From an uncultured Rhizobiaceae group bacterium (GTDB lineage: Bacteria > Pseudomonadota > Alphaproteobacteria > Rhizobiales > Rhizobiaceae): a stretch of 64,000 nucleotides of DNA. Numbering within the stretch: the first letter of the stretch is position 1; every line of letters starts with the position of its first letter. Made by a program: the position numbers and the translations under genes. Shown here piece after piece: positions 50,209-59,890 of the stretch. The stretch covers positions 121,132 to 185,131 of the forward strand of contig CALHBJ010000008.1 in the NCBI GenBank assembly GCA_937930845.1. The letters run 5' to 3'. The notes beneath the pieces are model-generated. The model did no database searches. It was not told where the DNA came from and was given only the letters and a program-made list of their open reading frames with translations.

Positions 50209-50622
50209 ATGTCACCAGCTCAGTCTCATTCGCTCAACGAGACCACCGTTCCAATTCCTGAAAGTCTGTTCGGGCAACTTGCTCAGGCAGAACCGGCGGA
50301 TGCGGTGGAAATTGCCAGTCAATTGCCAATTGCCAATCGGGCCAAGCTCGCCGCATTTTGCTACAGTCGGCGTCACCTCAATCATCTGGGACTCCTGATT
50401 GCTTCAACGTGCGACCGCATGGCGCTTCGACGCGCCATGGGCCACGCAGGCGATGTGTTGTTCAAACAATCCCGCGATGTTGAAAAAACCATCGCTGCCG
50501 AGCGCGGTCGTCAGGCATCGTCCACGAAAATTACCCTTGCAACAGCCGCCAATGTGGTTCCATTGCGCCAGTCGGTGATTGAAGAGCTTGACGCAGAAGA
50601 CGGTGGCGAAGACATCGCCTAG
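50209..50622 (+). CDS. Hypothetical protein
   Basis: GGAGG RBS; LAAFCYSRRHL..LGLLIASTC segment; acidic tail; own terminator. Confidence 0.7.
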   Translation: MSPAQSHSLNETTVPIPESLFGQLAQAEPADAVEIASQLPIANRAKLAAFCYSRRHLNHLGLLIASTCDRMALRRAMGHAGDVLFKQSRDVEKTIAAERGRQASSTKITLATAANVVPLRQSVIEELDAEDGGEDIA

Positions 50623-50629
50623 CTGATCT

Positions 50630-50653
50630 TTTGGCGGCACCTTTGCCGCCAAA
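50630..50653. terminator. Hairpin, probable terminator
   Basis: TTTGGCGGCA-CCTT-TGCCGCCAAA. Confidence 0.65.
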
Positions 50654-50810
50654 TAATGGGAATTTGTGGCGCTCAATGCGCGGGGCACAATATCCCTTTT
50701 TGCGGCTTCTAAATGAAGCCAACACACCTTTGGTCTTTGAAACATCCTGGCTGACTGGCATATAGTGCCACTAGAAGCGGTTCGCCGCGCGTTTGTTGAT
50801 AGACCCAATT

Positions 50811-51509
50811 ATGACATTTGCTTTCGATCCACCCGCCGTGGCCACAATGCCAATTGCGGATGAAGACACCCGATTTCCCATTCGCCGCGTATTTTGCGTG
50901 GGCCGCAATTATGCCGACCATGTGGTGGAAATGGGCGGCGACCCAGACCGTGAAGAACCGTTTTTCTTTTGCAAACCTGCAGATGCGGTAAGCCATGGCA
51001 GGGATGACATCCCCTACCCCTCCCGCACAATGGATTTGCACCACGAGATGGAATTGGTCATCGCCATTGGCACCGGTGGCACAAATATAAAGGAATCAGA
51101 CGCCCTGACCCATGTGTTCGGTTTTGCAGCCGGGGTTGATTTGACCCGCCGTGACTTGCAGGCGGAAGCAAAGAAACGCGGGCGTCCCTGGGACATGGCC
51201 AAGGGCTTTGACCTGTCGGCACCCATGAGCGCGATCCGCCGCTCCAAAGCTGGCGGCAAAGAAGGTGATGCCGGTTTCATCCGCTTGGCGGTCAATGGCG
51301 AAACACGTCAGGATGGTGACCTTGGGCAACAGGTCTGGAAGGTTTCAGAGATCATCGCCAATCTCTCCACCTATGTGGAACTGAAGGCTGGCGATCTGAT
51401 CATGACCGGTACGCCAGCCGGCGTTGGGCCGCTGGCGATTGGCGATGTTGTATCAGGTGAGATTGAAGGCATTGGTTCGGTTCGCTTCACGATGACCCAG
51501 CGCCCATGA
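50811..51509 (+). CDS. Fumarylacetoacetate-hydrolase family (NagK/FAHD1-like)
   Basis: CVGRNYADH, FFFCKP, HHEMEL, DLTRRDLQ, KGFD, GDLIMTGTPAGVG. Confidence 0.9.
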   Translation: MTFAFDPPAVATMPIADEDTRFPIRRVFCVGRNYADHVVEMGGDPDREEPFFFCKPADAVSHGRDDIPYPSRTMDLHHEMELVIAIGTGGTNIKESDALTHVFGFAAGVDLTRRDLQAEAKKRGRPWDMAKGFDLSAPMSAIRRSKAGGKEGDAGFIRLAVNGETRQDGDLGQQVWKVSEIIANLSTYVELKAGDLIMTGTPAGVGPLAIGDVVSGEIEGIGSVRFTMTQRP

Positions 51510-52954
51510 GCCATTCATTCGATTACCGCCATTGGTCTCACAAGGCGGCCGATTGGGGCGCAGATTATCTGGAAAGCCTTGACAAGAGACCCGTTCGACC
51601 ACGGGTAAAGCCTGGGGCCATTGCTTCGCAGATTGCCAGCGCCGCACCCGAAACCGGCGAAGCCATGGATGCCATATTTGAGGATTTTCAATCGATCATT
51701 CCAGATGGAATGACCCATTGGCAGCATCCGCGCTTCTTCGCCTATTTTCAGTCCAATGCGGCCCCGGTTGCGCAGGTTGCCGAGCAATTGGCAACAGCAT
51801 TTGCCTCCCAGTGCATGCTTTGGCAAACCTCGCCGGCGGCAACCGAGCTTGAAGTGAAAATGGTGGACTGGCTGCGACAGGCAGTCGGGCTCCCAGATGG
51901 CTTTAGCGGCACGTTCCAGGACACGGCTTCTTCAGCCACCCTGTGCGCCATTTTGACCATGCGCGAAAAAGCCCTGGGCTTTACCGGCAATCAACAGGGG
52001 CTGTTTGGGCGCAAACCTTTGCGTGTTTATGCCTCCGGACGCACCCATTCTTCCATCGACAAGGCGATGTGGATTGCCGGACTGGGACAGGACAATCTCG
52101 TTAAAATTCCAACGGGTGATGGGCCCTTATTTCCCATGGACGCGGAAAAATTGCGCCAGGCAATCAAGGATGATCGTGCAAACGGTTTTCAGCCTGCCGG
52201 TATCGTCATCTGTGTTGGCGGCACCTCCATTGGTGCCACCGACAATGTGGCTGAGATTTGTGCCATTGCTCAAGAAGAAGGCCTGTACACCCACCTGGAT
52301 GCAGCCTGGGCCGGATCGGCGATGATCTGTCCTGAATTCCGCCATTTATGGGAAGGGGCGGAGCTTGCGGATTCAATTGTCCTGAACCCGCATAAATGGC
52401 TTGGCGTTCCCATGGAATGTTCGCTTCATCTGGTGAGAGAACCGGAGCTTTTATTGCGCACTATGGCCATTCGCCCCTCCTATCTCGACACGCCTTCTCA
52501 GAAAGTCGGCGGGGGTGATGGCATCGTCAATTTCTCGGAATGGTCGGTTCAACTGGGGCGGCGGTTTCGCGCGCTAAAAGTTTGGTTTCTGCTGCGCAGT
52601 CACGGGCTGGACGATCTGCGCACACGCATTCGCAATCATGTGGCCTGGTCCCAGGAACTGGCAGGCAGATTGGGCACGCTGGCAGAATTTGAAATTACAA
52701 CGGAACCGGTTCTGTCCCTGTTTTCGTTTCGGCACATGGTCCCGGACCTGTCGGTGGATGAGTTGAATGCCCACAACATCAATCTTGTTGACGCCATCAA
52801 TAATGACGGCCGGATTTATCTCACCCAGTCCACCCATGAGGGAAATATGGTCATTCGGTTTGTGGCCGGGCAGTTCGACATGCAAAAAGCAGATATCGAC
52901 ATTGCCTTTGATGCGATAACGCAAGTCGCCAGCAAGCTGATCTCAAAAGTGTAG
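51506..52954 (+). CDS. Group II PLP decarboxylase, aromatic-L-amino-acid decarboxylase-like
   Basis: HWQHPRFFAYF, SPAATELE, HSSIDKA, HLDAAWAG, NPHKW (PLP Lys), LGRRFRALK. Confidence 0.88.
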   Translation: MSHSFDYRHWSHKAADWGADYLESLDKRPVRPRVKPGAIASQIASAAPETGEAMDAIFEDFQSIIPDGMTHWQHPRFFAYFQSNAAPVAQVAEQLATAFASQCMLWQTSPAATELEVKMVDWLRQAVGLPDGFSGTFQDTASSATLCAILTMREKALGFTGNQQGLFGRKPLRVYASGRTHSSIDKAMWIAGLGQDNLVKIPTGDGPLFPMDAEKLRQAIKDDRANGFQPAGIVICVGGTSIGATDNVAEICAIAQEEGLYTHLDAAWAGSAMICPEFRHLWEGAELADSIVLNPHKWLGVPMECSLHLVREPELLLRTMAIRPSYLDTPSQKVGGGDGIVNFSEWSVQLGRRFRALKVWFLLRSHGLDDLRTRIRNHVAWSQELAGRLGTLAEFEITTEPVLSLFSFRHMVPDLSVDELNAHNINLVDAINNDGRIYLTQSTHEGNMVIRFVAGQFDMQKADIDIAFDAITQVASKLISKV

Positions 52955-52957
52955 ATC

Positions 52958-54133
52958 ATGAACACATCCACTTTGAAAACTGCGTCCATCACCGCACGCC
53001 TTGCCTCACTGGGGTCTGAACGTTGGGCGGTGCACTTCGATGCGCGCAGACGCATCAAGGCCGGACAGGACATTATTGAACTGACTATTGGCGAACCGGA
53101 CGTGCCCACACCGGAACATTTGCTGGATGTGGCCACCGGGTCCATGCGTGCCGGACGTACACGATATGCCGAAGGGCGTGGCGAACCTGTTCTGCTTGCT
53201 GCACTTGCAGAAAAATATTCACAGCGCAGTGGCCGTCAGGTCAGCGTGGACAACGCGCTTGCATTTCCCGGCACTCAGGCAGCACTTGCCATCACCATGA
53301 TGGGGTTGGTGGAAGCGGGAGACGCCGTGCTGGTTCCTGACCCCTATTATGCCACCTATGAAGGCGTGGTGCGCAGCACAGGTGCGGATTTTGTACCCGT
53401 GGCCATGTCGGCGGATAATGGTTTTCATTTGACCCCCGAACAGCTGGAAAAGGCGGTTACGCCAAATTCAAAAGTGCTGCTGTTGAATTCTCCCCACAAC
53501 CCCACCGGTGCGACACTGTCGCGATCTGAAATTGAGGCGATTGGGGCGGTGGCGATAAAGCATGACTTATGGATCGTCAGCGACGAAGTCTATGAACCTC
53601 TGATTTACAATGGCGAATTTTGCTCCCCGTTTGATCTGGAAACGCTTTGGGAACGCACCATCGCGGTTTCTTCCATTTCAAAAAGCCATGCGGCCCCCGG
53701 CTTCCGCGCCGGATGGGGCGTTGGGCCCGCCTGGGCCATGCGCCACATTCAGTCGGTTTCGGAAACGCTGCTATTTGGTGGCCAGCCCTTTATTGCCGAT
53801 ATGACAGCCCATGCGCTTAGCCATCGCGATAACACAGCACAGGTAATGGGCAGTGCCTACCAGCGCCGCATACAGGTGTTGAAGTCAGCATTTGCCGAAA
53901 ACGAGGTTTTACGGCCACTTGAACCGGACGCTGGTATGTTCATGCTGGTGGACGTGACCGCATCCGGTCTGGATGGGGAAAGTTTTGCCAAGCAATTGCT
54001 GGACCATGGTGTCGCGGTGATGCCGGGCAGTTCGTTTGGAAATCAGGCCCGCCACTTTATCCGGCTGAGCCTGACCGTCGATGAAACGCTGCTTGCAGAA
54101 GCTGCCAGGCGCATGGTTTCCTTTACCAACTAA
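52958..54133 (+). CDS. Class I/II PLP aminotransferase (AruH-like)
   Basis: WAVHF, IGEPD, NSPHNPTG, SDEVY, SISKSH..PGFRAGW, FIRLSL. Confidence 0.88.
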   Translation: MNTSTLKTASITARLASLGSERWAVHFDARRRIKAGQDIIELTIGEPDVPTPEHLLDVATGSMRAGRTRYAEGRGEPVLLAALAEKYSQRSGRQVSVDNALAFPGTQAALAITMMGLVEAGDAVLVPDPYYATYEGVVRSTGADFVPVAMSADNGFHLTPEQLEKAVTPNSKVLLLNSPHNPTGATLSRSEIEAIGAVAIKHDLWIVSDEVYEPLIYNGEFCSPFDLETLWERTIAVSSISKSHAAPGFRAGWGVGPAWAMRHIQSVSETLLFGGQPFIADMTAHALSHRDNTAQVMGSAYQRRIQVLKSAFAENEVLRPLEPDAGMFMLVDVTASGLDGESFAKQLLDHGVAVMPGSSFGNQARHFIRLSLTVDETLLAEAARRMVSFTN

Positions 54134-54157
54134 CATGATGATGATTTGGAGATTTTG

Positions 54158-55000
54158 ATGAGCGACATATTCGAGCAAAGCACTTTCTTCAAAGCCCACC
54201 GGCACGGTGCGGTGGTTCATGTGAAGATGAACCGGCCAGAAAAGGCCAATGGCATGTCGCCGGACTTCTGGACTGACCTGCCCCTGATCATGGCAGCATG
54301 TGATGTTGACCCAACGGTGCGGGCCGTGGTGATCAGCGGCGCAGGACGCCACTTTTCTGGCGGTATGGATCTGGCCACGTTTGGCGACATACAGACATTG
54401 CTCACCCATGAGCCGGGGCGTGCTGCCTATGCGATGCGCGACATGGTGCTCAGTCTGCAGAAGAGCCTCAGCAGTCTGGAAGAATGCCGTGTGCCGGTCA
54501 TCTGTGCGATCCATGGCGCTTGTCTTGGGGCGGGGATTGACCTGATCACTGCCGGTGACATTCGCATGGCCAGTGCAGATGCGAGCTTTGGCATTGAGGA
54601 AATTCACGTGGGCATGGCAGCCGACGTGGGCACGCTTCAGCGCATGCCGAAAATCATGCCAGCAGGCATCGTCAGTGAGTTGGCCTATACCGGCCGCCGA
54701 TTTTCTGCCGATGAAGCAAAGTCCTGGGGATTGGTGAATTCGGTTCATGAAAATGGCGAAGCAACGCTGGTTGCGTCTCTTGATCTGGCGCAGGAAATTG
54801 CCGAAAAATCGCCATTGGCGATTGCCGGCATCAAGCGGGCAATTACCTATGCCCGCGATCACAGCGTTGCAGATTCGCTGGACCAGATCGCCACCTGGAA
54901 CAGCGGCATGTTGAGGCCGGAAGAACTAACCAAAGCGATTGCTGCCAAAATGAGCAAGCAACAGGCGGTGTTTGATGACCTGTTGGCGGATGCCGTATAA
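54158..55000 (+). CDS. Crotonase/enoyl-CoA hydratase family (dienoyl-CoA isomerase-like)
   Basis: MNRPEKAN, FSGGMDL, IHGACLGAGIDL, EIHVGMAADVGTLQRM. Confidence 0.88.
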   Translation: MSDIFEQSTFFKAHRHGAVVHVKMNRPEKANGMSPDFWTDLPLIMAACDVDPTVRAVVISGAGRHFSGGMDLATFGDIQTLLTHEPGRAAYAMRDMVLSLQKSLSSLEECRVPVICAIHGACLGAGIDLITAGDIRMASADASFGIEEIHVGMAADVGTLQRMPKIMPAGIVSELAYTGRRFSADEAKSWGLVNSVHENGEATLVASLDLAQEIAEKSPLAIAGIKRAITYARDHSVADSLDQIATWNSGMLRPEELTKAIAAKMSKQQAVFDDLLADAV

Positions 55001-55081
55001 TGGTGATCTGATCTTGATTGGTGTGCAAGCAGACCGGCCCTGCCTAACGCATACCCGCATGCGGATTGGCATTAGGTCGGT

Positions 55082-55696
55082 CTACTCCTGGTTTTTCGAC
55101 TCTGCCAATTGTTGTTCCAGATCAGCAATTCGTGCCTGAAAACGATGGATGACTTCACGGACATCGCCAATTGTGTAGCGCTCTGTAATGTGTTGCGGGC
55201 AGTTCCAGTCAAAGGCTTCAAGTGTAAACACGATTGCCCGCTCAACCTTGGCTGAATAGTCCACGTCACGGATGGCCTTTGCCAACGCCTCGTCAGTCTC
55301 AAGATTGACAATTTCGGCGTGGGCCAGGACTTTCAGGCGCTGCTTGTTGGTATAATCCATGAAGATCAAAGATACGCGCGGATCAGCCTGAAAATTGCCA
55401 ATGCTTACATATTGGCGATTGCCCCGATAATCGGCGATGGCAAAGCGCCTGGCATCCAGCACTTTGACAAAACCAACCGGCCCGCCCCGGTGTTGCATGT
55501 AAGGCCAGCCACTCTTGCTGATACTTGCCATATAGAAACTGTCGCGCGCTGAAATGAACCCGGCTTCCGCTGCGGTAAAATGATCCGCCTCAGCGGCCTG
55601 TCCTTCGCCGTGGCTGTAGGCTGAACGGCTGCCATTTTGCTCCTGCAATGCCTTCACATCATCAGTGAACACGATATCCTGATAGTGTCGGGTCAT
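55082..55696 (-). CDS. Pyridoxamine-5'-phosphate-oxidase-like FMN-binding protein
   Basis: RDSFYMAS..GWPYMQHRGGP.GF, DYRGNRQY.S.GN, DWNCPQHI. Confidence 0.85.
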   Translation of the reverse strand: MTRHYQDIVFTDDVKALQEQNGSRSAYSHGEGQAAEADHFTAAEAGFISARDSFYMASISKSGWPYMQHRGGPVGFVKVLDARRFAIADYRGNRQYVSIGNFQADPRVSLIFMDYTNKQRLKVLAHAEIVNLETDEALAKAIRDVDYSAKVERAIVFTLEAFDWNCPQHITERYTIGDVREVIHRFQARIADLEQQLAESKNQE

Positions 55697-55705
55697 CTGG
55701 TTTCC

Positions 55706-56131
55706 TTAGCGTTTGCGACAATAAAGTTCGAGCCGGTGGTGGACCACTTCATAGCCCAGCTCACGCGCGATTTCGGCCTGAAGCCGTTCGATCTTTTCCG
55801 ACTGAAACTCTATCACATGCCCCGTGTCCAGATCGATGATGTGGTCGTGGTGGGGGGCGTCTGCGGTTTCAAACCGTGCCGGCTCCCCTTCGAAGGACAA
55901 GCGATGGACAACACCGTTTTTCTCCAGCTCACTCATGGTGCGATATATTGTGGTCAGTGACACATCATCATCCAGCACGCGCGTGCGGCGGTGCAATTCA
56001 TTGGCATCTGGATGATCGTCCGAGGACGACAGGGCCAGCAAAACTGCTTTTCGCTGGCGCGTGGCCTTAAGGCCACTGGCACGCAAGATTTCGATGAGTT
56101 CATCATATCGCGATTGCGGTTTTCCAGCCAT
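55706..56131 (-). CDS. mur: Fur-family regulator, probably Mn-responsive Mur
   Basis: GLKATRQR, HPDA.EL, SLTTIYRT, HHDHIID; divergent from sitABCD. Confidence 0.88.
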   Translation of the reverse strand: MAGKPQSRYDELIEILRASGLKATRQRKAVLLALSSSDDHPDANELHRRTRVLDDDVSLTTIYRTMSELEKNGVVHRLSFEGEPARFETADAPHHDHIIDLDTGHVIEFQSEKIERLQAEIARELGYEVVHHRLELYCRKR

Positions 56132-56214
56132 GTATCTGCTTTCGATATTCGGGACGATCTGCGGCGAAAATTACCTGGGTATTTTTCGCACCTTGTTTGA
56201 CCAGTTCAATTCCA

Positions 56215-56263
56215 ATTGCAACGCATTCGCAATAGCTAATTGCAAATCATTCTCATTTGCATT
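56215..56263. promoter_or_regulatory. Tandem Mur/Fur-type operators
   Basis: ATTGC-N9-GCAAT (56215-56233); ATTGCAAATCATTCTCATT (56239-56257) within the perfect TGCAAAT-N7-ATTTGCA (56241-56261); abuts the -35. Confidence 0.75.
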
Positions 56264-56289
56264 GACATAGTGAGATTTCAAACCATATT
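56262..56289 (+). promoter_or_regulatory. sigma70 promoter of sitABCD
   Basis: TTGACA-N16-CATATT. Confidence 0.55.
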
Positions 56290-56380
56290 GTCTCCTGCTG
56301 AGCGTTCAAAAAGCTTTTTTGGGCAATCATGCGCGTTTCCGGAGCGTTTTTCGGGTAAATTCAATATTTGGAGCACCTGT

Positions 56381-57277
56381 TTGGGCAATTTCATCAAACT
56401 TGTTTTCTCAATTGTCGCGCTGGCATTGATGACAATACCGGTGCAGGCAGCGAACAAATTCAAGGTCGTGACCACCTTTACGGTGATTGCAGATATGGCG
56501 CGCAATGTTGCAGGCGATGTGGCGCAAGTGGATTCAATCACCAAACCGGGCGCGGAAATTCACAATTACCAGCCCACCCCAGGTGATATTCTCAAAGCCC
56601 AAGGGGCCGACCTTGTATTGTGGAATGGTTTGAATCTGGAATTGTGGTTTGAGAAGTTCTTTCAAACCCTCGCCGACGTGCCCGGCGTGGTGGTGTCTAA
56701 AGGTGTTGAACCCATGGGCATCGGCCAGGGGCCCTATAGCGGCAAACCCAATCCCCATGCATGGATGTCACTGGAATCGGCGCTGATCTATGTCGACAAT
56801 ATTCGTGACGCCCTCACCAAATATGACCCTCCCAATGCCGAGGCGTATCGGGCCAATGCCCAGGCTTACAAGGAACGCATTCGCATGGCCCTGGAGCCCC
56901 TGCGCGCCCGGATTGCAAACGTGCCTGAAGATGCCCGCTGGCTGGTCACAAGTGAAGGGGCGTTCAGTTATCTTGCCCGGGACTTTGATCTGAAGGAATT
57001 GTATTTGTGGCCCATCAATGCCGATGCGCAGGGCACACCAAAACAGGTGCGCAACGTTATCCGCACCATGCGGCGGCAGAACATCAACGTCATATTTTCG
57101 GAATCGACGGTCTCACCCCGTCCTGCCCAACAGGTGGCGCGGGAAACAGGTGCCCGCTATGGCGGCGTCTTATATGTGGATTCCCTGTCGGCTCCCGATG
57201 GGCCAACACCCACCTATCTCGATCTGCTGCGGGTCACGGTTCAAACAATTGCTGATGGACTGGAAGCAGGGGAATGA
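56381..57277 (+). CDS. sitA: Mn/Fe ABC substrate-binding protein
   Basis: [33 protein letters not shown]; TTG start after GGAG. Confidence 0.92.
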   Translation: MGNFIKLVFSIVALALMTIPVQAANKFKVVTTFTVIADMARNVAGDVAQVDSITKPGAEIHNYQPTPGDILKAQGADLVLWNGLNLELWFEKFFQTLADVPGVVVSKGVEPMGIGQGPYSGKPNPHAWMSLESALIYVDNIRDALTKYDPPNAEAYRANAQAYKERIRMALEPLRARIANVPEDARWLVTSEGAFSYLARDFDLKELYLWPINADAQGTPKQVRNVIRTMRRQNINVIFSESTVSPRPAQQVARETGARYGGVLYVDSLSAPDGPTPTYLDLLRVTVQTIADGLEAGE

Positions 57278-58137
57278 CCGCGCCGGTTGCCCCTGACAAA
57301 ACCATGGACGGCATCACCGTAAAAGATGTCACAGTGACCTATCGCAATGGCACAACCGCCATGCGCAATGCCAGTTTCGCTATCCCAAGAGGGACGATTA
57401 CCGCGCTCGTGGGTGTCAATGGTTCCGGCAAATCAACGCTGTTTAAAACCATAATGGGCTTCCTCAAGGCCTCTTCCGGGAGTGTGGAAGTTTTAGGCGC
57501 GCCTGTTGAGCAAGCCATGAAACGCAATCTCATTGCCTATGTCCCGCAGGCAGAAGAAGTGGATTGGTCTTTCCCCGTGCTGGTTGAAGATGTGGTGATG
57601 ATGGGCCGCTATGGACACATGAATTTTTTGCGCCGCGCCAGCGCCAATGACCGTGACGCTGTAAGCCGCGCACTTTCACGGGTGGATATGCTGGAACATC
57701 GACAACGTCAGATTGGCGAACTGTCCGGCGGACAGAAAAAACGGGTGTTCCTGGCCCGCGCTCTTGCGCAGGAAAGCCGCGTCATCTTGCTGGATGAACC
57801 TTTTACCGGGGTGGATGTGAAGACGGAGGACTCGATCATTGCACTGTTGCGGGAGTTACGGGATGACGGTCATGTCATTTTGGTCTCCACACACAACCTG
57901 GGCAGTGTGCCGGAATTTTGTGACCGCACCGTTTTGGTGAAAGGCACAGTATTGGCCCATGGATTGACGAGCGAAATTTTCACAACGGAAAATTTGCAAC
58001 TCGCATTCGGCGGTGTGCTGCGTCATTTCGTGCTGGGCGGCACGGATCTGCACGACGATGATGATGCACGCACGGTCACGGTGCTTTCCGATGATGAGCG
58101 CCCGTTCGTTGTTTACAATCAAAAGGACGTGCCCTGA
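57274..58137 (+). CDS. sitB: Mn/Fe ABC ATPase
   Basis: [26 protein letters not shown]. Confidence 0.93.
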   Translation: MTAPVAPDKTMDGITVKDVTVTYRNGTTAMRNASFAIPRGTITALVGVNGSGKSTLFKTIMGFLKASSGSVEVLGAPVEQAMKRNLIAYVPQAEEVDWSFPVLVEDVVMMGRYGHMNFLRRASANDRDAVSRALSRVDMLEHRQRQIGELSGGQKKRVFLARALAQESRVILLDEPFTGVDVKTEDSIIALLRELRDDGHVILVSTHNLGSVPEFCDRTVLVKGTVLAHGLTSEIFTTENLQLAFGGVLRHFVLGGTDLHDDDDARTVTVLSDDERPFVVYNQKDVP

Positions 58138-59033
58138 TGGAGGCACCATTGGGCATCATTGAAGTGCTCGTCGAGCCATTCACCTATTCCTACATGGTGA
58201 CCGCCATGTGGGTCAGTGCGCTTGTGGGCGGGGTATGTGCGTTTCTTTCTGCCTATTTGATGCTGAAAGGCTGGTCGCTGATTGGTGATGCGCTTTCCCA
58301 TGCCATCATTCCAGGTGTTGCGGGGGCATTCATGCTGGGTCTGCCGTTTTCATTGGGGGCGTTCATTTCCGGCGGCCTTGCAGCGGGGGCCATGTTGTTT
58401 TTGAACGAACGGACCGGGCTGAAAGAAGACACGATCATCGGCCTCATTTTCACGTCCTTCTTTGGATTGGGCCTGTTCATGGTATCGCTGGCACCCACTT
58501 CGGTAAATGTGCAGACGATCATGCTGGGCAATATATTGGCCATCACTCCCTCCGATACGCTGCAACTGGTGATCATAGGCGGCGTATCTTTGGTGATCCT
58601 GTGTGCGAAGTGGCGTGACTTCATGGTGACATTCTTCGATGAAACCCATGCCCGATCGATCGGCCTAAACACGCAATTATTGAAGATTGTGTTTTTTGCA
58701 GTGCTAGCTGCGTCGACTGTTGCAGCCATGCAAACGGTGGGGGCTTTTTTGGTTATCGCCATGGTGGTGACGCCAGGAGCGACTGCCTATCTGCTGACGG
58801 ATCGTTTCCAAAACCTCATTGGCATCAGCGTTGCCCTGGGCAGTCTGACCTGTTTTGTGGGCACCTATTTGAGTTTTCACGTTGATGGCGCCACGGGCGG
58901 TATCATCGTTGTTCTTCAAACTGTGATCTTTCTGGCGGCATTCCTGTTGGCACCAAACCATGGCTGGCTGGCTGCCAGACGCCGTGTTGCAAAGGCCGGT
59001 CTGCGCGCCGCCGGCGACAAGGCAGCACAATGA
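58137..59033 (+). CDS. sitC: Mn/Fe ABC permease
   Basis: LKGWSLIGDALSH, KEDTIIG, QTVGAFL. Confidence 0.92.
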   Translation: MEAPLGIIEVLVEPFTYSYMVTAMWVSALVGGVCAFLSAYLMLKGWSLIGDALSHAIIPGVAGAFMLGLPFSLGAFISGGLAAGAMLFLNERTGLKEDTIIGLIFTSFFGLGLFMVSLAPTSVNVQTIMLGNILAITPSDTLQLVIIGGVSLVILCAKWRDFMVTFFDETHARSIGLNTQLLKIVFFAVLAASTVAAMQTVGAFLVIAMVVTPGATAYLLTDRFQNLIGISVALGSLTCFVGTYLSFHVDGATGGIIVVLQTVIFLAAFLLAPNHGWLAARRRVAKAGLRAAGDKAAQ

Positions 59034-59890
59034 CCGGTTTGTTTGAAACACTCCTGCAGCCGCTCCAGTACACATTCATGCTCAATGCGTTCATGATATC
59101 GTTTTTCATTGCCGTGCCCACGGCACTGCTTTCGTGTTTTCTGGTTCTCAAGGGCTGGTCACTGATGGGAGATGCCATTTCGCATGCGGTATTGCCCGGA
59201 ATAGTATTGGCTTACGTGACAGCAATCCCCCTGTCGGTAGGTGCGTTTGGGGCCGGAATGTTTTGTGCCATCGCCACGGGATTTCTGCAGAACAATTCGC
59301 GCGTTAAACGTGACACGATTATGGGTGTGGTCTTTTCCGGCATGTTCGGACTGGGCATTGTGATGTACACGAAAATTGAAACAGACCTTCACCTGGACCA
59401 CATTTTGTTCGGCAACATGCTGGGCATTGGCTGGCTGGAACTGTTGGAAAGCGGATTGATCGCCGCTTTTGTGACTGGCCTCATCCTGTTGAAATGGCGT
59501 GATCTGGTTCTCCATTCCTTTGACCCCACCCAGGCCAAGGCCTCGGGACTGCCGGTTCAATGGCTCCACTATGGATTGCTTGCGGTGCTTTCGCTGACCA
59601 TTGTGGGGGCATTGAAAGCGGTGGGAATCATTCTCGCCATCGCCATGTTGATTGCCCCAGGTGCCATCGCGTTTCTGGTTACAAAGCGTTTTGCTTCTAT
59701 GATGGCGGTCGCCGTTCTTGTGGCGGTCGGCGCGTCATTGGGTGGGGTCTATGCAAGCTTCTTCATTGACAGCGCCCCTGCCCCCACCATCGTACTGGTG
59801 ATGACAGGGGTATTTATTGTCGCCTTCATCATCGTGTCCCACCGCGCCCGACAGATGAAGGCGGCTGCGGTTGGCATTCGTCAGGCATAA
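59030..59890 (+). CDS. sitD: Mn/Fe ABC permease
   Basis: LKGWSLMGDAISH, KRDTIMG, HLDHILFG. Confidence 0.92.
   Translation: MTGLFETLLQPLQYTFMLNAFMISFFIAVPTALLSCFLVLKGWSLMGDAISHAVLPGIVLAYVTAIPLSVGAFGAGMFCAIATGFLQNNSRVKRDTIMGVVFSGMFGLGIVMYTKIETDLHLDHILFGNMLGIGWLELLESGLIAAFVTGLILLKWRDLVLHSFDPTQAKASGLPVQWLHYGLLAVLSLTIVGALKAVGIILAIAMLIAPGAIAFLVTKRFASMMAVAVLVAVGASLGGVYASFFIDSAPAPTIVLVMTGVFIVAFIIVSHRARQMKAAAVGIRQA

Noticed and set aside
56290-56380. Mn riboswitch (yybP-ykoY) in the sitA leader
   Set aside because: No recognisable conserved loops; regulation is already explained by Mur and its operators.
59881-59890. Convergent overlap of sitD and maeB
   Set aside because: A 10-nt tail-to-tail overlap is ordinary genome compaction.
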